NCBI RefSeq assembly: GCF_013122565.1
Contig: NZ_CP053258.1
Origin: Escherichia coli
Lineage (GTDB): Bacteria > Pseudomonadota > Gammaproteobacteria > Enterobacterales > Enterobacteriaceae
Length of the DNA stretch: 64,000 nucleotides
Strand: one strand, 5' to 3'
Every line of letters begins with the position of its first letter. The first letter of the stretch is position 1. The notes beneath the pieces are model-generated. The model saw only the letters and a list, made by a program, of their open reading frames with translations. It did no database searches and was not told the DNA's origin. Position numbers and translations under genes: made by a program. This document shows, piece by piece, positions 1 through 11,176 of this stretch.

Positions 1-138
1 AGCCAGCTAGGTTACAGCGAACCGTTGATGATTACCCTGTTAACCAACTTTCTTACAGCTTCATCGATTGTTGGTGCGTTATCCATCGGTCTTTCCATTC
101 CTGGATTATGGTTGTACCGCAAGCGCCCTCGCGTATAA
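1..138 (+). CDS. yjjB: 3-prime end of upstream membrane protein gene (YjjB-like), partial at window edge
   Basis: Open frame from position 1 ending ...[12 protein letters not shown]-stop (TAA 136-138); hydrophobic C-terminus; position upstream of dnaT matches K-12 synteny (recalled). Confidence 0.5.
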
Positions 139-245
139 AATTGCCTCGCTTAAAGCACGCGGATGAGAGACAGCCTCCTCTCCTCCGTGTGTTACTATAA
201 AAGTTATCTCCCTTCTCGTTCATCGTTCCATATTTGAGAAACAGT

Positions 246-785
246 ATGTCTTCCAGAGTTTTGACCCCGGACGTCGTTGGTATTGACGCCTTGGTACACG
301 ATCACCAAACCGTTCTGGCAAAAGCTGAAGGCGGTGTGGTTGCCGTATTTGCTAACAATGCCCCGGCGTTTTATGCCGTCACGCCTGCACGCCTGGCTGA
401 ACTGCTGGCGCTGGAAGAAAAGCTGGCGCGTCCGGGAAGCGATGTCGCTCTGGACGATCAACTCTATCAGGAACCGCAAGCTGCTCCCGTTGCTGTACCC
501 ATGGGGAAATTCGCCATGTATCCGGACTGGCAACCCGATGCCGACTTTATCCGCCTGGCGGCGCTATGGGGCGTGGCACTAAGAGAGCCGGTGACCCCCG
601 AAGAACTGGCCTCATTCATTGCCTACTGGCAGGCGGAAGGTAAAGTCTTTCACCATGTACAGTGGCAACAAAAACTGGCGCGCAGCCTGCAAATCGGTCG
701 TGCCAGCAACGGCGGACTGCCGAAACGAGATGTGAATACGGTCAGCGAACCTGACAGCCAAATTCCACCAGGATTCAGAGGGTAA
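246..785 (+). CDS. dnaT: Primosomal protein DnaT
   Basis: Translation [30 protein letters not shown]... recognised as DnaT; stop immediately precedes dnaC start. Confidence 0.93.
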   Translation: MSSRVLTPDVVGIDALVHDHQTVLAKAEGGVVAVFANNAPAFYAVTPARLAELLALEEKLARPGSDVALDDQLYQEPQAAPVAVPMGKFAMYPDWQPDADFIRLAALWGVALREPVTPEELASFIAYWQAEGKVFHHVQWQQKLARSLQIGRASNGGLPKRDVNTVSEPDSQIPPGFRG

Positions 786-787
786 CG

Positions 788-1525
788 ATGAAAAACGTTG
801 GCGACCTGATGCAACGCCTGCAAAAAATGATGCCTGCCCATATCAAACCTGCATTCAAAACGGGTGAAGAACTACTGGCCTGGCAGAAAGAACAAGGGGC
901 GATCCGCTCCGCCGCTCTCGAACGTGAAAATCGGGCGATGAAAATGCAGCGCACCTTTAACCGCTCCGGTATTCGTCCACTGCATCAGAACTGCTCCTTT
1001 GAGAACTATCGCGTTGAGTGTGAAGGGCAGATGAATGCGTTAAGCAAAGCGCGCCAGTATGTCGAAGAGTTTGACGGCAACATCGCCAGCTTCATCTTTT
1101 CTGGTAAGCCAGGAACCGGCAAAAACCATCTGGCGGCGGCAATCTGCAACGCGCTGCTGCTACGCGGTAAATCCGTATTGATTATCACCGTGGCCGATAT
1201 TATGTCGGCGATGAAAGATACCTTCAGGAATAGCGGTACCAGCGAAGAACAACTGCTTAACGATCTGAGCAATGTTGATCTGCTGGTGATCGATGAGATC
1301 GGCGTGCAAACCGAATCGAAATACGAAAAAGTGATCATTAACCAGATCGTCGATCGCCGCTCTTCTTCCAAACGCCCAACCGGGATGCTGACCAACAGTA
1401 ATATGGAAGAGATGACCAAGTTGCTGGGCGAACGCGTGATGGACCGTATGCGCCTGGGTAACAGTTTGTGGGTGATCTTCAACTGGGATAGCTACCGTAG
1501 CCGGGTAACGGGTAAAGAGTATTAA
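788..1525 (+). CDS. dnaC: Helicase loader DnaC
   Basis: 245 aa, Walker A GKPGTGKNHLAAA, Walker B LLVIDEIG; sequence recognised as DnaC. Confidence 0.95.
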   Translation: MKNVGDLMQRLQKMMPAHIKPAFKTGEELLAWQKEQGAIRSAALERENRAMKMQRTFNRSGIRPLHQNCSFENYRVECEGQMNALSKARQYVEEFDGNIASFIFSGKPGTGKNHLAAAICNALLLRGKSVLIITVADIMSAMKDTFRNSGTSEEQLLNDLSNVDLLVIDEIGVQTESKYEKVIINQIVDRRSSSKRPTGMLTNSNMEEMTKLLGERVMDRMRLGNSLWVIFNWDSYRSRVTGKEY

Positions 1526-1570
1526 TCCCCGTTTCTGGCGGTATACTGCGACACAATTCCACCTTGAGTA

Positions 1571-2068
1571 ATGATGATGAAAACTATTAAACATCTTCTG
1601 TGCTGTGCCATTGCCGCCAGTGCATTAATTTCTACCGGGGTGCATGCTGCGTCCTGGAAAGATGCGCTCTCCAGCGCCGCCGGCGAACTTAGCAACCAAA
1701 ACAGCACGACACAGGAAGGCGGTTGGTCGCTCGCGTCATTAACTAACTTGCTTAGCAGCGGAAACCAGGCCTTAAGCGCAGATAACATGAACAATGCCGC
1801 AGGCATTCTGCAATACTGCGCGAAGCAAAAGCTGGCGTCGGTAACCGATGCCGAAAACATCAAGAATCAGGTGCTGGAAAAGCTGGGCCTGAACAGTGAA
1901 GAGCAAAAAGAGGACACCAACTACCTGGACGGCATTCAGGGTTTGCTGAAAACCAAAGATGGTCAGCAACTCAATCTGGATAACATCGGAACGACTCCGC
2001 TGGCAGAAAAGGTGAAAACCAAAGCCTGCGATCTGGTGTTAAAGCAGGGGCTGAACTTCATTTCCTGA
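1571..2068 (+). CDS. yjjA: Secreted/periplasmic protein YjjA (DUF2501-like)
   Basis: N-terminal signal peptide MKTIKHLLCCAIAASALISTGVHA; synteny dnaC-yjjA-opgB; start may be one of three tandem ATGs. Confidence 0.85.
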   Translation: MMMKTIKHLLCCAIAASALISTGVHAASWKDALSSAAGELSNQNSTTQEGGWSLASLTNLLSSGNQALSADNMNNAAGILQYCAKQKLASVTDAENIKNQVLEKLGLNSEEQKEDTNYLDGIQGLLKTKDGQQLNLDNIGTTPLAEKVKTKACDLVLKQGLNFIS

Positions 2069-2321
2069 ACCGTTAAACGCCGCGTTTTAGCTGTTACCCG
2101 GCTGACGCGGCTCTCTCCTGCCCTTTTCCCTGCTCGTGGACGGTTTTACCCCTGTTACACGGGAAGCGACCGCGATCAAAAAAGTCTGTTTATAAACTAA
2201 TTCCTAACAACATCGCATTTTTTTGACACTAGAATTGCAGCAATATAGCGACGCCATTACATTGTGCTTCTCAAAAAGCTTAAACGTTGGCTAAACGGCC
2301 CGGTTTAGTGAGGATCGCCCG

Positions 2322-4613
2322 TTGTCAGAACTACTCTCTTTCGCCCTTTTTCTCGCCTCTGTGCTGATTTACGCATGGAAAGCGGGACGTAACACCTGGT
2401 GGTTTGCAGCCACGTTAACGGTGCTTGGGCTATTTGTCGTTTTAAATATCACCCTGTTTGCCAGCGACTATTTTACTGGCGATGGTATTAACGACGCGGT
2501 TCTCTATACCTTAACCAACAGCCTGACCGGTGCTGGCGTCAGCAAATACATCCTGCCGGGTATCGGCATTGTGCTGGGGCTGACGGCGGTGTTCGGTGCG
2601 CTGGGCTGGATCCTGCGCCGTCGTCGTCATCATCCGCACCATTTTGGTTACAGCCTGCTGGCGCTCTTACTGGCGCTGGGTTCGGTGGACGCCAGCCCGG
2701 CATTTCGTCAGATAACGGAACTGGTGAAATCCCAGTCACGCGACGGCGACCCGGACTTTGCGGCTTATTATAAAGAGCCGTCGAAAACTATCCCTGACCC
2801 GAAACTCAACCTGGTTTATATCTACGGCGAAAGTCTCGAGCGGACCTATTTTGATAACGAGGCTTTCCCGGATCTCACGCCTGAACTGGGCGCGTTGAAA
2901 AATGAAGGCCTGGATTTCAGCCACACGCAGCAGCTGCCAGGAACGGATTACACGATTGCGGGCATGGTGGCTTCTCAGTGCGGCATACCGCTGTTTGCCC
3001 CCTTTGAAGGCAACGCCTCCGCTTCTGTTTCCAGCTTCTTCCCGCAGAACATCTGTCTGGGCGATATCCTGAAAAACTCGGGTTATCAGAACTATTTCGT
3101 GCAGGGCGCGAATCTGCGTTTTGCCGGTAAAGATGTGTTCCTGAAGTCGCATGGCTTCGACCACTTATATGGCTCAGAAGAGCTGAAAAGTGTGGTGGCC
3201 GACCCGCACTATCGCAACGACTGGGGATTCTACGACGATACCGTTCTCGACGAAGCGTGGAAAAAGTTTGAAGAGCTTTCCCGCTCAGGTCAGCGATTCT
3301 CACTGTTTACCCTGACAGTCGATACCCATCACCCGGATGGTTTTATCTCGCGCACCTGTAACCGCAAAAAATATGATTTTGACGGTAAGCCGAATCAGTC
3401 ATTCAGCGCGGTAAGTTGCAGCCAGGAGAATATCGCGGCGTTTATCAACAAAATCAAAGCGTCACCGTGGTTTAAAGATACTGTCATCGTCGTCTCTTCT
3501 GACCATTTAGCGATGAACAACACGGCGTGGAAATACCTCAATAAGCAGGATCGCAATAACCTGTTTTTTGTCATCCGTGGCGACAAGCCGCAGCAAGAGA
3601 CGCTGGCAGTGAAGCGTAATACGATGGATAACGGCGCGACGGTGCTGGACATTCTCGGTGGCGATAACTATCTCGGACTTGGTCGTAGCAGTTTATCCGG
3701 GCAGTCAATGTCGGAAATCTTCCTCAATATCAAAGAGAAAACATTGGCGTGGAAGCCGGATATCATCCGCCTGTGGAAATTCCCTAAAGAGATGAAAGAG
3801 TTCACCATCGACCAGCAGAAAAACATGATTGCCTTCTCGGGTAGCCATTTCCGTTTGCCGCTGCTGTTGCGGGTTTCAGACAAACGCGTGGAACCGCTGC
3901 CGGAAAGCGAATACTCAGCACCGCTGCGTTTCCAGCTGGCCGATTTCGCTCCACGCGACAATTTCGTCTGGGTTGACCGTTGCTATAAGATGGCACAACT
4001 CTGGGCTCCGGAACTGGCACTTTCCACCGACTGGTGTGTCTCGCAAGGGCAGCTTGGCGGTCAGCAAATTGTCCAGCATGTTGACAAAACAACATGGAAG
4101 GGCAAAACGGCATTTAAAGATACGGTCATCGACATGGCGCGTTACAAAGGCAATGTCGATACGCTGAAGATTGTTGATAACGATATTCGCTACAAAGCCG
4201 ACAGTTTCATCTTCAACGTCGCCGGTGCGCCAGAAGAGGTGAAACAGTTTAGCGGGATTTCCCGTCCGGAGTCGTGGGGCCGCTGGTCCAACGCTCAGCT
4301 GGGCGATGAAGTAAAAATCGAGTACAAGCATCCGCTGCCGAAGAAATTTGACCTGGTGATTACCGCCAAAGCATACGGCAATAACGCCAGCCGTCCTATT
4401 CCGGTACGCGTAGGCAATGAAGAACAAACCCTTGTGCTGGGCAATGAAGTGACCACCACCACGCTGCATTTCGATAACCCAACCGATGCCGACACACTGG
4501 TAATTGTGCCGCCGGAACCTGTCTCAACCAACGAAGGGAATATCCTCGGACACTCGCCGCGTAAGCTCGGGATCGGCATGGTGGAAATTAAAGTGGTAGA
4601 ACGTGAAGGGTAA
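2322..4613 (+). CDS. opgB: Phosphoglycerol transferase I (OPG biosynthesis), sulfatase-family membrane enzyme
   Basis: 763 aa with apparent TTG start; N-terminal TM segments then sulfatase-like domain; sequence recognised as OpgB/MdoB. Confidence 0.93.
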   Translation: MSELLSFALFLASVLIYAWKAGRNTWWFAATLTVLGLFVVLNITLFASDYFTGDGINDAVLYTLTNSLTGAGVSKYILPGIGIVLGLTAVFGALGWILRRRRHHPHHFGYSLLALLLALGSVDASPAFRQITELVKSQSRDGDPDFAAYYKEPSKTIPDPKLNLVYIYGESLERTYFDNEAFPDLTPELGALKNEGLDFSHTQQLPGTDYTIAGMVASQCGIPLFAPFEGNASASVSSFFPQNICLGDILKNSGYQNYFVQGANLRFAGKDVFLKSHGFDHLYGSEELKSVVADPHYRNDWGFYDDTVLDEAWKKFEELSRSGQRFSLFTLTVDTHHPDGFISRTCNRKKYDFDGKPNQSFSAVSCSQENIAAFINKIKASPWFKDTVIVVSSDHLAMNNTAWKYLNKQDRNNLFFVIRGDKPQQETLAVKRNTMDNGATVLDILGGDNYLGLGRSSLSGQSMSEIFLNIKEKTLAWKPDIIRLWKFPKEMKEFTIDQQKNMIAFSGSHFRLPLLLRVSDKRVEPLPESEYSAPLRFQLADFAPRDNFVWVDRCYKMAQLWAPELALSTDWCVSQGQLGGQQIVQHVDKTTWKGKTAFKDTVIDMARYKGNVDTLKIVDNDIRYKADSFIFNVAGAPEEVKQFSGISRPESWGRWSNAQLGDEVKIEYKHPLPKKFDLVITAKAYGNNASRPIPVRVGNEEQTLVLGNEVTTTTLHFDNPTDADTLVIVPPEPVSTNEGNILGHSPRKLGIGMVEIKVVEREG

Positions 4614-4625
4614 TTCCTGACTGAT

Positions 4626-4654
4626 GTGTAGGTCGCATAAGGTGCGACCTACAC
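4626..4654. repeat. Perfect 12-bp inverted repeat (gtgtaggtcgca / tgcgacctacac) downstream of opgB; REP-like palindrome or terminator stem
   Basis: Seen directly in sequence; no strong T-run follows, so REP-like element is favoured over intrinsic terminator. Confidence 0.4.
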
Positions 4655-4749
4655 GCCTTCTCCGGCTTACAACACATTATTAAGAAACAAAAAAACAGCG
4701 CCCAACACTTCCCCGGACGCTGCATGGCAACTTTAATAATCTCGCCTTA

Positions 4750-5772
4750 TCAGAAAGTAATTACACCCTTAATCAACTCACGATTGTTAATCACATCGCG
4801 CTCGTAGGTTTCTGCCAGCGTGGCGAACGGGTAGCGATGGGTTAACATCATGTCGGCAGTGATTTTTCCTTCCGCCATCAGTCGACCGACTTTAGCGAAA
4901 TCTTCCGGCGTGGCGTTGCGGCTGCCCATCATCGTCGTTTCTTTTTTATGGAATTCCGGATCGGAGAACTGCAACTCACCTTTAAACAGACCGACAAATA
5001 CCACCGTGCCGCCGTGACGAATCAGATTCACGGTGTTATTCATCGCATGTTGATTACCTGTCGCGTCGATCACTTTCTGCGCCAGCGAACCACCAAACTG
5101 CGCCCGCAGCTGCGCGTCAAAATCTTCGGCTGACGGGTCCAGCACGGGCAACTCCAGACGCGTTGCCACATGTTCACGGCGCGCCGGACTGGTATCCGCC
5201 ACCACCACCTGTGCGCCATCAGCTTTAGCGATTGCCGCCGCGCCCAGACCGATTGGCCCCGCCCCGACCACCAGCACCTGCTCGCCGGGAGCAATGGCTG
5301 CGCGACGCACCGCATGAGCGCTAATAGCGAAAGGTTCAATCAATGCTGCCGCCTGCGGGTCAATACCATCTGCGGGCAAAATGTTCGCCACCGGCACGCT
5401 CAAATACTCACTAAAACCGCCATCCTGATGCACGCCAATGACTGAAATTTTTTCACAGCAATTGGTACGACCGCTTTTACACGCCGGGCATTGCTGACAG
5501 GCAACATAAGGGATCACAGCAACTTGCTGACCATTTTTAAGATCAGCAATATTTTTACCCAGCCCAACAATCTCCCCACATATTTCATGGCCTAAAACAC
5601 GTGGATAACTAAAAAATGGTTGATTTCCACCCCAGGCATGAATATCGGTACCGCAAATCCCGACAGACTTAATTTTTATTAATGCTTCATTGTCACCCGG
5701 AATAGGTATCTCACGTTGTTTCCAGACTAATTCTTTCGGCTGCTGGCAAATTAAAACATTCATTGTAGACAT
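4750..5772 (-). CDS. lgoD: L-galactonate 5-dehydrogenase (Zn-dependent alcohol dehydrogenase family)
   Basis: MSTMNVLICQQP...; GHE and GxGxxG (VVGAGPIGLG) motifs; recognised as LgoD/YjjN. Confidence 0.9.
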   Translation of the reverse strand: MSTMNVLICQQPKELVWKQREIPIPGDNEALIKIKSVGICGTDIHAWGGNQPFFSYPRVLGHEICGEIVGLGKNIADLKNGQQVAVIPYVACQQCPACKSGRTNCCEKISVIGVHQDGGFSEYLSVPVANILPADGIDPQAAALIEPFAISAHAVRRAAIAPGEQVLVVGAGPIGLGAAAIAKADGAQVVVADTSPARREHVATRLELPVLDPSAEDFDAQLRAQFGGSLAQKVIDATGNQHAMNNTVNLIRHGGTVVFVGLFKGELQFSDPEFHKKETTMMGSRNATPEDFAKVGRLMAEGKITADMMLTHRYPFATLAETYERDVINNRELIKGVITF

Positions 5773-5910
5773 GATTCGGCTCTCCATTTTTTGTTGCCTT
5801 AGATATCAATGAAAATGAAAAATGGCAGCGGAACGGAAAATCTGTTTTGTGAAAACACACGCATAAAAATGTTTTAAATCGGGTTTTAATGGACTCACAA
5901 GGAGGAAAAT

Positions 5911-6825
5911 ATGAGTCGTTCACAAAATTTACGCCACAATGTGATTAACCAGGTCATTGATGATATGGCGCGGGGTCATATCCCTTCCCCACTTCCATCG
6001 CAAAGTGCGCTGGCGGAAATGTACAACATCAGCCGCACCACAGTGCGTCATATTCTCAGCCACTTACGCGAATGCGGCGTCTTAACGCAGGTTGGAAACG
6101 ACTATGTTATTGCGCGTAAACCTGACCATGATGACGGTTTCGCCTGTACTACCGCTTCAATGAGTGAACAAAACAAAGTGTTTGAGCAGGCTTTTTTCAC
6201 GATGATAAACCAGCGTCAGTTACGCCCTGGGGAAACTTTTTCTGAACTGCAACTGGCTCGGGCCGCGGGTGTCAGCCCGGTTGTAGTAAGAGAATATCTT
6301 TTAAAATTCGGCCGTTATAATCTTATTCAAAGCGAAAAGCGCGGCCAGTGGAGCATGAAGCAATTCGATCAATCCTACGCCGAGCAGCTGTTTGAGCTAC
6401 GCGAAATGCTCGAAACACATTCACTTCAGCACTTTCTCAACCTGCCTGATCATGATCCCCGCTGGCTGCAGGCGAAAACCATGCTCGAACGTCATCGGCT
6501 ACTGCGTGACAACATCGGCAATAGCTTTCGCATGTTCTCGCAACTTGACAGAGATTTTCACTCCTTACTGCTTTCAGCTGCCGACAATATCTTTTTTGAT
6601 CAATCGCTTGAGATCATCTCAGTCATCTTTCATTTTCACTATCAATGGGACGAAAGCGATCTTAAACAGCGCAATATCATTGCCGTCGATGAGCATATGA
6701 CCATTCTCAGCGCTCTGATTTGCCGCAGTGACCTTGATGCCACCCTTGCGCTCCGTAACCATTTGAATTCAGCTAAACAATCAATGATTCGATCCATTAA
6801 TGAGAACACGCGTTATGCTCATTAA
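5911..6825 (+). CDS. lgoR: GntR-family transcriptional regulator of L-galactonate catabolism
   Basis: 304 aa, N-terminal HTH, C-terminal FCD-like domain; recognised as LgoR/YjjM; divergent from lgoD. Confidence 0.9.
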   Translation: MSRSQNLRHNVINQVIDDMARGHIPSPLPSQSALAEMYNISRTTVRHILSHLRECGVLTQVGNDYVIARKPDHDDGFACTTASMSEQNKVFEQAFFTMINQRQLRPGETFSELQLARAAGVSPVVVREYLLKFGRYNLIQSEKRGQWSMKQFDQSYAEQLFELREMLETHSLQHFLNLPDHDPRWLQAKTMLERHRLLRDNIGNSFRMFSQLDRDFHSLLLSAADNIFFDQSLEIISVIFHFHYQWDESDLKQRNIIAVDEHMTILSALICRSDLDATLALRNHLNSAKQSMIRSINENTRYAH

Positions 6826-7039
6826 GTACGGATTAAAAACAGCAAACTATTAGCGGGTGCACGGTTTTATCAAAAGATAAATACCGGGAAATTCCCGCTT
6901 ACCTATGCTCACAATCAGTCGACTAAAAATGTTTTTGTGAGCGGTAGTAAAGTCCTAAAACTTTAACCTGCCGTTAATGTCAACCTTGCGTAATGCACAA
7001 TTACGTAAACAATTAAAATTATAAATACAGGAGTCCGGC

Positions 7040-8401
7040 GTGGAAAAAGAAAATATCACCCTCGATCCGCGTTCTTCATTTACTCCATCTTCGTCGGCAG
7101 ATATTCCCGTGCCACCAGATGGATTAGTTCAACGCAGTACCCGAATTAAACGCATTCAAACCACCGCCATGTTGTTATTATTTTTTGCGGCGGTAATCAA
7201 TTATCTCGACCGCAGTTCGCTGTCAGTAGCAAATTTAACGATTCGTGAAGAATTGGGATTAAGTGCCACCGAAATCGGCGCTTTGCTCTCCGTGTTTTCA
7301 CTCGCTTACGGGATTGCGCAACTTCCTTGCGGCCCACTATTGGATCGTAAAGGCCCACGCCTGATGCTGGGACTGGGGATGTTCTTCTGGTCACTGTTCC
7401 AGGCAATGTCTGGCATGGTGCACAGCTTTACGCAGTTCGTGTTGGTGCGTATCGGTATGGGGATTGGTGAAGCGCCGATGAACCCATGCGGTGTAAAAGT
7501 CATTAACGACTGGTTCAACATCAAAGAGCGCGGACGCCCGATGGGCTTCTTCAACGCAGCTTCTACCATTGGCGTTGCCGTAAGCCCACCGATTCTGGCG
7601 GCGATGATGCTGGTGATGGGCTGGGGCGGGATGTTTATTACCATTGGTGTACTGGGGATTTTTCTCGCCATCGGCTGGTATATGCTCTATCGCAACCGCG
7701 AGCACGTAGAACTGACTGCCGTTGAACAAGCTTATCTCAATGCAGGTAGCGTCAATGCCCGCCGAGATCCGCTCAGTTTTGCCGAATGGCGCAGCTTGTT
7801 CCGTAACCGCACAATGTGGGGAATGATGCTCGGATTCAGTGGCATCAACTACACTGCGTGGCTGTATCTGGCCTGGCTTCCTGGTTACCTGCAAACAGCC
7901 TATAACCTGGATTTAAAAAGCACAGGGTTGATGGCGGCTATCCCTTTCCTGTTTGGGGCTGCCGGGATGCTGGTCAACGGTTACGTTACTGACTGGCTGG
8001 TCAAAGGGGGAATGGCTCCGATTAAAAGCCGTAAGATCTGCATTATTGCCGGGATGTTCTGTTCTGCCGCCTTTACGCTGATAGTACCACAAGCGACAAC
8101 ATCCATGACGGCGGTTCTGCTGATTGGCATGGCACTGTTCTGTATTCACTTTGCCGGAACATCCTGCTGGGGCTTGATCCACGTCGCAGTTGCTTCTCGC
8201 ATGACTGCGTCGGTGGGCAGTATCCAGAACTTTGCCAGCTTCATCTGCGCCTCTTTCGCGCCGATCATTACTGGTTTTATTGTTGATACCACCCACTCAT
8301 TCCGTCTGGCACTAATCATCTGCGGTTGCGTCACCGCAGCGGGGGCACTGGCATACATCTTCCTGGTTCGTCAGCCGATCAACGACCCACGTAAAGATTA
8401 A
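7040..8401 (+). CDS. lgoT: MFS transporter, L-galactonate:H+ symporter
   Basis: 453 aa, GTG start, 12-TM MFS pattern; recognised as LgoT/YjjL. Confidence 0.9.
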   Translation: MEKENITLDPRSSFTPSSSADIPVPPDGLVQRSTRIKRIQTTAMLLLFFAAVINYLDRSSLSVANLTIREELGLSATEIGALLSVFSLAYGIAQLPCGPLLDRKGPRLMLGLGMFFWSLFQAMSGMVHSFTQFVLVRIGMGIGEAPMNPCGVKVINDWFNIKERGRPMGFFNAASTIGVAVSPPILAAMMLVMGWGGMFITIGVLGIFLAIGWYMLYRNREHVELTAVEQAYLNAGSVNARRDPLSFAEWRSLFRNRTMWGMMLGFSGINYTAWLYLAWLPGYLQTAYNLDLKSTGLMAAIPFLFGAAGMLVNGYVTDWLVKGGMAPIKSRKICIIAGMFCSAAFTLIVPQATTSMTAVLLIGMALFCIHFAGTSCWGLIHVAVASRMTASVGSIQNFASFICASFAPIITGFIVDTTHSFRLALIICGCVTAAGALAYIFLVRQPINDPRKD

Positions 8402-8410
8402 TCTCCTTAT

Positions 8411-8437
8411 GCCCGATAACATTTTGCTTATCGGGCA
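8411..8437. terminator. Stem-loop between convergent lgoT and tsr (gcccgataa ... ttatcgggc)
   Basis: 9-bp perfect stems seen in sequence between the two stop codons; followed by a weak T-rich tract on the + strand. Confidence 0.4.
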
Positions 8438-8449
8438 TTTTCATGGCGA

Positions 8450-10114
8450 TTAAAATGTTTCCCAGTTCTCCTCGCTATCTGCCACGGCCATTTTACGCGG
8501 CGTAGCTGGCGTCACGGTTTTTACTACAGCCGATGTTTCACGCTGCTGTTGCTGCTGTTGCTGAATTCGGAACACTGCCACTGCTTCGGTCAGGCGACTG
8601 GCCTGCTCTTCCAGCGCGGCGGCGGCGGCGGCAGATTCTTCCACCAGCGCGGCGTTCTGTTGAGTTACCCGGTCCATCTCAGCAACCGCTAAGCCAACCT
8701 GATCGATACCACGGCTCTGCTCATCAGAAGCAGAAGCTATTTCGCCCATAATGTCCGTCACGCGGGTCACGGCACTGACAATCTCCGCCATTGTTTCCCC
8801 GGCGCTTTCGACCAGCGTAGAGCCAACATCCACTTTCCCCACCGAGTCTTCAATCAGGCTTTTAATTTCACGAGCCGCCTGGGCGCTGCGCTGGGCCAGA
8901 TTACGCACTTCTCCCGCGACCACCGCAAAACCGCGCCCTTGCTCACCCGCACGCGCAGCCTCAACCGCGGCGTTCAAAGCCAGAATATTGGTCTGGAAGG
9001 CAATGCCGTCAATTACGCTGATAATATCGGCGATTTTCTGCGAACTGGTGGAGATATCGCGCATAGTCTGCACCACGTTATCTACCACTTTGCCGCCGCG
9101 TTGCGCCGTTTCAGAAGCACTTAATGCCAGATGGCTGGCCTGGCGCGCATTCTCGGCGTTCTGTTTCACCGTTGCGGTCAGTTGCTCCATGCTGGCTGCA
9201 GTCTCTTCCAGCGAAGCGGCCTGTTGCTCGGTGCGCGAAGAGAGATCGTTATTGCCGGTAGCGATTTCGCTGGCACCGCTATAGATGGCATTGGCCCCGT
9301 TGCGCACATCACCGACGGTACGCATCAGCTCTCCCTGCATATGGCGCAAACTCTCAGCCAGTTGCCCCATCTCATTAGAGCCATCCACCTCAATCGGTTT
9401 CACCAGATCGCCGCTTGCAATATGACGAATGCTGTCAATCAGGCGATTCATTGGCGCTACCAACGAGGCTTTAATACCGAACCAGACGGCGAAGATGACC
9501 GCCAGTACGGCGATCATCACGCCCACCAGAATCCACATCGCCTGGCTGTAGGAGGCATGGTTATCGCTGACGGCGATATCATAGAGCCGATCGTTTTGCT
9601 CCATGTAAGCCACATACTGCTTCTCGAAACCGTCCTGATATCCCTGGGTCGGCTGATCAAAGAACTCGTTGATTTTGCCTGCACCTAACAGTTGGATCAG
9701 CTCCGCCAGCGCATTGTGATAAATATCGTAATTACGTTTGATCTCTGCCGCTGCGGCGGTGCTCTGACGCGGGTCACGCGGCAACGCTTCGTAATCCGCC
9801 CAGTTTTTTTCCGCCTGTTTCAGCGAAATACTGGCACTCTGCATCAGCTCAGCAACGGTTGAACCGCTACCAATATTGTTCTGATCCATCATGTAGCGGA
9901 TACCCGCGCGGTTGAGGGTGTTACGCGTCTGCAACAACGCGACCCAGCTGCCATTCAGCGTGGATTGCTGCTGGCGAATGGTTTGTAAAACAGTGAAATT
10001 TTCTTTGTCATTCTTTAAGGCATTAAAGAACAGACCGCCTGATGTCAGTTGTAAAAGGCCAAAAACGGCCAAAACCAGCAGTAAGCTGGTCACGATCTTG
10101 ATACGTTTTAACAT
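8450..10114 (-). CDS. tsr: Methyl-accepting chemotaxis protein I (serine chemoreceptor)
   Basis: 554 aa; HAMP, methyl-accepting signalling domain, C-terminal NWETF pentapeptide; recognised as Tsr. Confidence 0.95.
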   Translation of the reverse strand: MLKRIKIVTSLLLVLAVFGLLQLTSGGLFFNALKNDKENFTVLQTIRQQQSTLNGSWVALLQTRNTLNRAGIRYMMDQNNIGSGSTVAELMQSASISLKQAEKNWADYEALPRDPRQSTAAAAEIKRNYDIYHNALAELIQLLGAGKINEFFDQPTQGYQDGFEKQYVAYMEQNDRLYDIAVSDNHASYSQAMWILVGVMIAVLAVIFAVWFGIKASLVAPMNRLIDSIRHIASGDLVKPIEVDGSNEMGQLAESLRHMQGELMRTVGDVRNGANAIYSGASEIATGNNDLSSRTEQQAASLEETAASMEQLTATVKQNAENARQASHLALSASETAQRGGKVVDNVVQTMRDISTSSQKIADIISVIDGIAFQTNILALNAAVEAARAGEQGRGFAVVAGEVRNLAQRSAQAAREIKSLIEDSVGKVDVGSTLVESAGETMAEIVSAVTRVTDIMGEIASASDEQSRGIDQVGLAVAEMDRVTQQNAALVEESAAAAAALEEQASRLTEAVAVFRIQQQQQQQRETSAVVKTVTPATPRKMAVADSEENWETF

Positions 10115-10144
10115 GGTTTCTCTTTCCTGTGGACCGATGCAAGA

Positions 10145-10171
10145 TTTTCGGCCTGAAATGAGAAAACTTTA
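10145..10171 (-). promoter_or_regulatory. Putative sigma-28 (FliA) promoter of tsr
   Basis: Minus-strand reading TAAAGTTT-N11-GCCGAAAA matches the class III flagellar consensus TAAAGTTT-N11-GCCGATAA with one mismatch, about 30 nt upstream of the tsr start. Confidence 0.55.
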
Positions 10172-10341
10172 TAGGTAGCGACTTGAAACTGGTTAATTTT
10201 ACCTCACTTTTTTAATTTTTGTTCAAAAATACAATAACCACTTATTGATACATTTTCTTTTCTTATTTTTTTCACACGAATTGTATCTATTTTGAACGAA
10301 ATATTTTATAGAGTGTGGAATTTTAAGAAAGGACATCTGAA

Positions 10342-10884
10342 ATGTTAAACCGTGACTTCGATCATCTCTCAACGCTATTACATCTCTTTTTTGAACGTGA
10401 GGATATTTGCCAAAAGCTTAATATTATTGACCAAAACAATATCACCGGTTGGGAAGTGTGGTTCCAGGTAGAGTTTGCTAATATGCTCTGCTCAACAGAC
10501 CATGAATGGTGGCGTGAACAAGCACTTTCCTGTGATATGCGCAAAAAACCTGAGCGCCCGACACTACGCACAGATTTCTTACTACGTAAAAAAGGCTGGG
10601 CACAAGATAGCTATATCGCGCTTGAAATAAAACAAAACAGAGACGCGACCAGTTGTGTTAAAAATATGATCGCAGACTTAGAAAAAAGCGCAAAAATAAA
10701 ACGTTCCGAACTCGATTTACGCAGTTTCTGGACCTTGGGTATCACCCCTATGATAGACAGGGAAAGGCTGGACTCTCTCATCGATTGCTATTTAGATGAG
10801 AAATTTTATCTTACTAAATCTCGTAAAAAACACGTTTTACTTAAAGAAATAAATAACACACCATATTGCTATATTGTTATTTAA
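10342..10884 (+). CDS. Hypothetical 180-aa protein in an AT-rich islet (possible PD-(D/E)xK-like fold)
   Basis: ORF with Shine-Dalgarno (aagaaagga) about 8 nt upstream; flanks strongly AT-rich; I do not recall this gene between tsr and btsT in K-12; motif TDFLL...IALEIK is compatible with a nuclease-like core (weak). Confidence 0.55.
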   Translation: MLNRDFDHLSTLLHLFFEREDICQKLNIIDQNNITGWEVWFQVEFANMLCSTDHEWWREQALSCDMRKKPERPTLRTDFLLRKKGWAQDSYIALEIKQNRDATSCVKNMIADLEKSAKIKRSELDLRSFWTLGITPMIDRERLDSLIDCYLDEKFYLTKSRKKHVLLKEINNTPYCYIVI

Positions 10885-11176
10885 TATTTATAGCATGAAT
10901 ATAATTTTTAAATGAGTTACACAACCGAGGGCTAAAAATCGCTTCGGTTGTGATCATCATCACATAAATAACCTTCATAAACCTTGCTCAAAACCGCTCA
11001 ACCGCAAAACTGACCGCTTACGTCCCTAAAATAACCACTCAGTTATTTACCTTACTTTACGCGCGCGTAACTCTGGCAACATCACTGCAGGATAGCGGTC
11101 AATTTACCTCCTCAAACGCAACGCAAACCTAGAACGGCTTCGGCCAACTATTAATCAATACATGCCAGGTTTTACT

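Noticed and set aside
2539-4579. Multiple short minus-strand ORFs within opgB
   Set aside because: All lie inside and antisense to the opgB coding frame.
8751-9688. Several plus-strand ORFs (177 aa, 185 aa) inside tsr
   Set aside because: Antisense to tsr; the Ala/Arg/Ser-rich translation reflects the reverse frame of the methyl-accepting domain.
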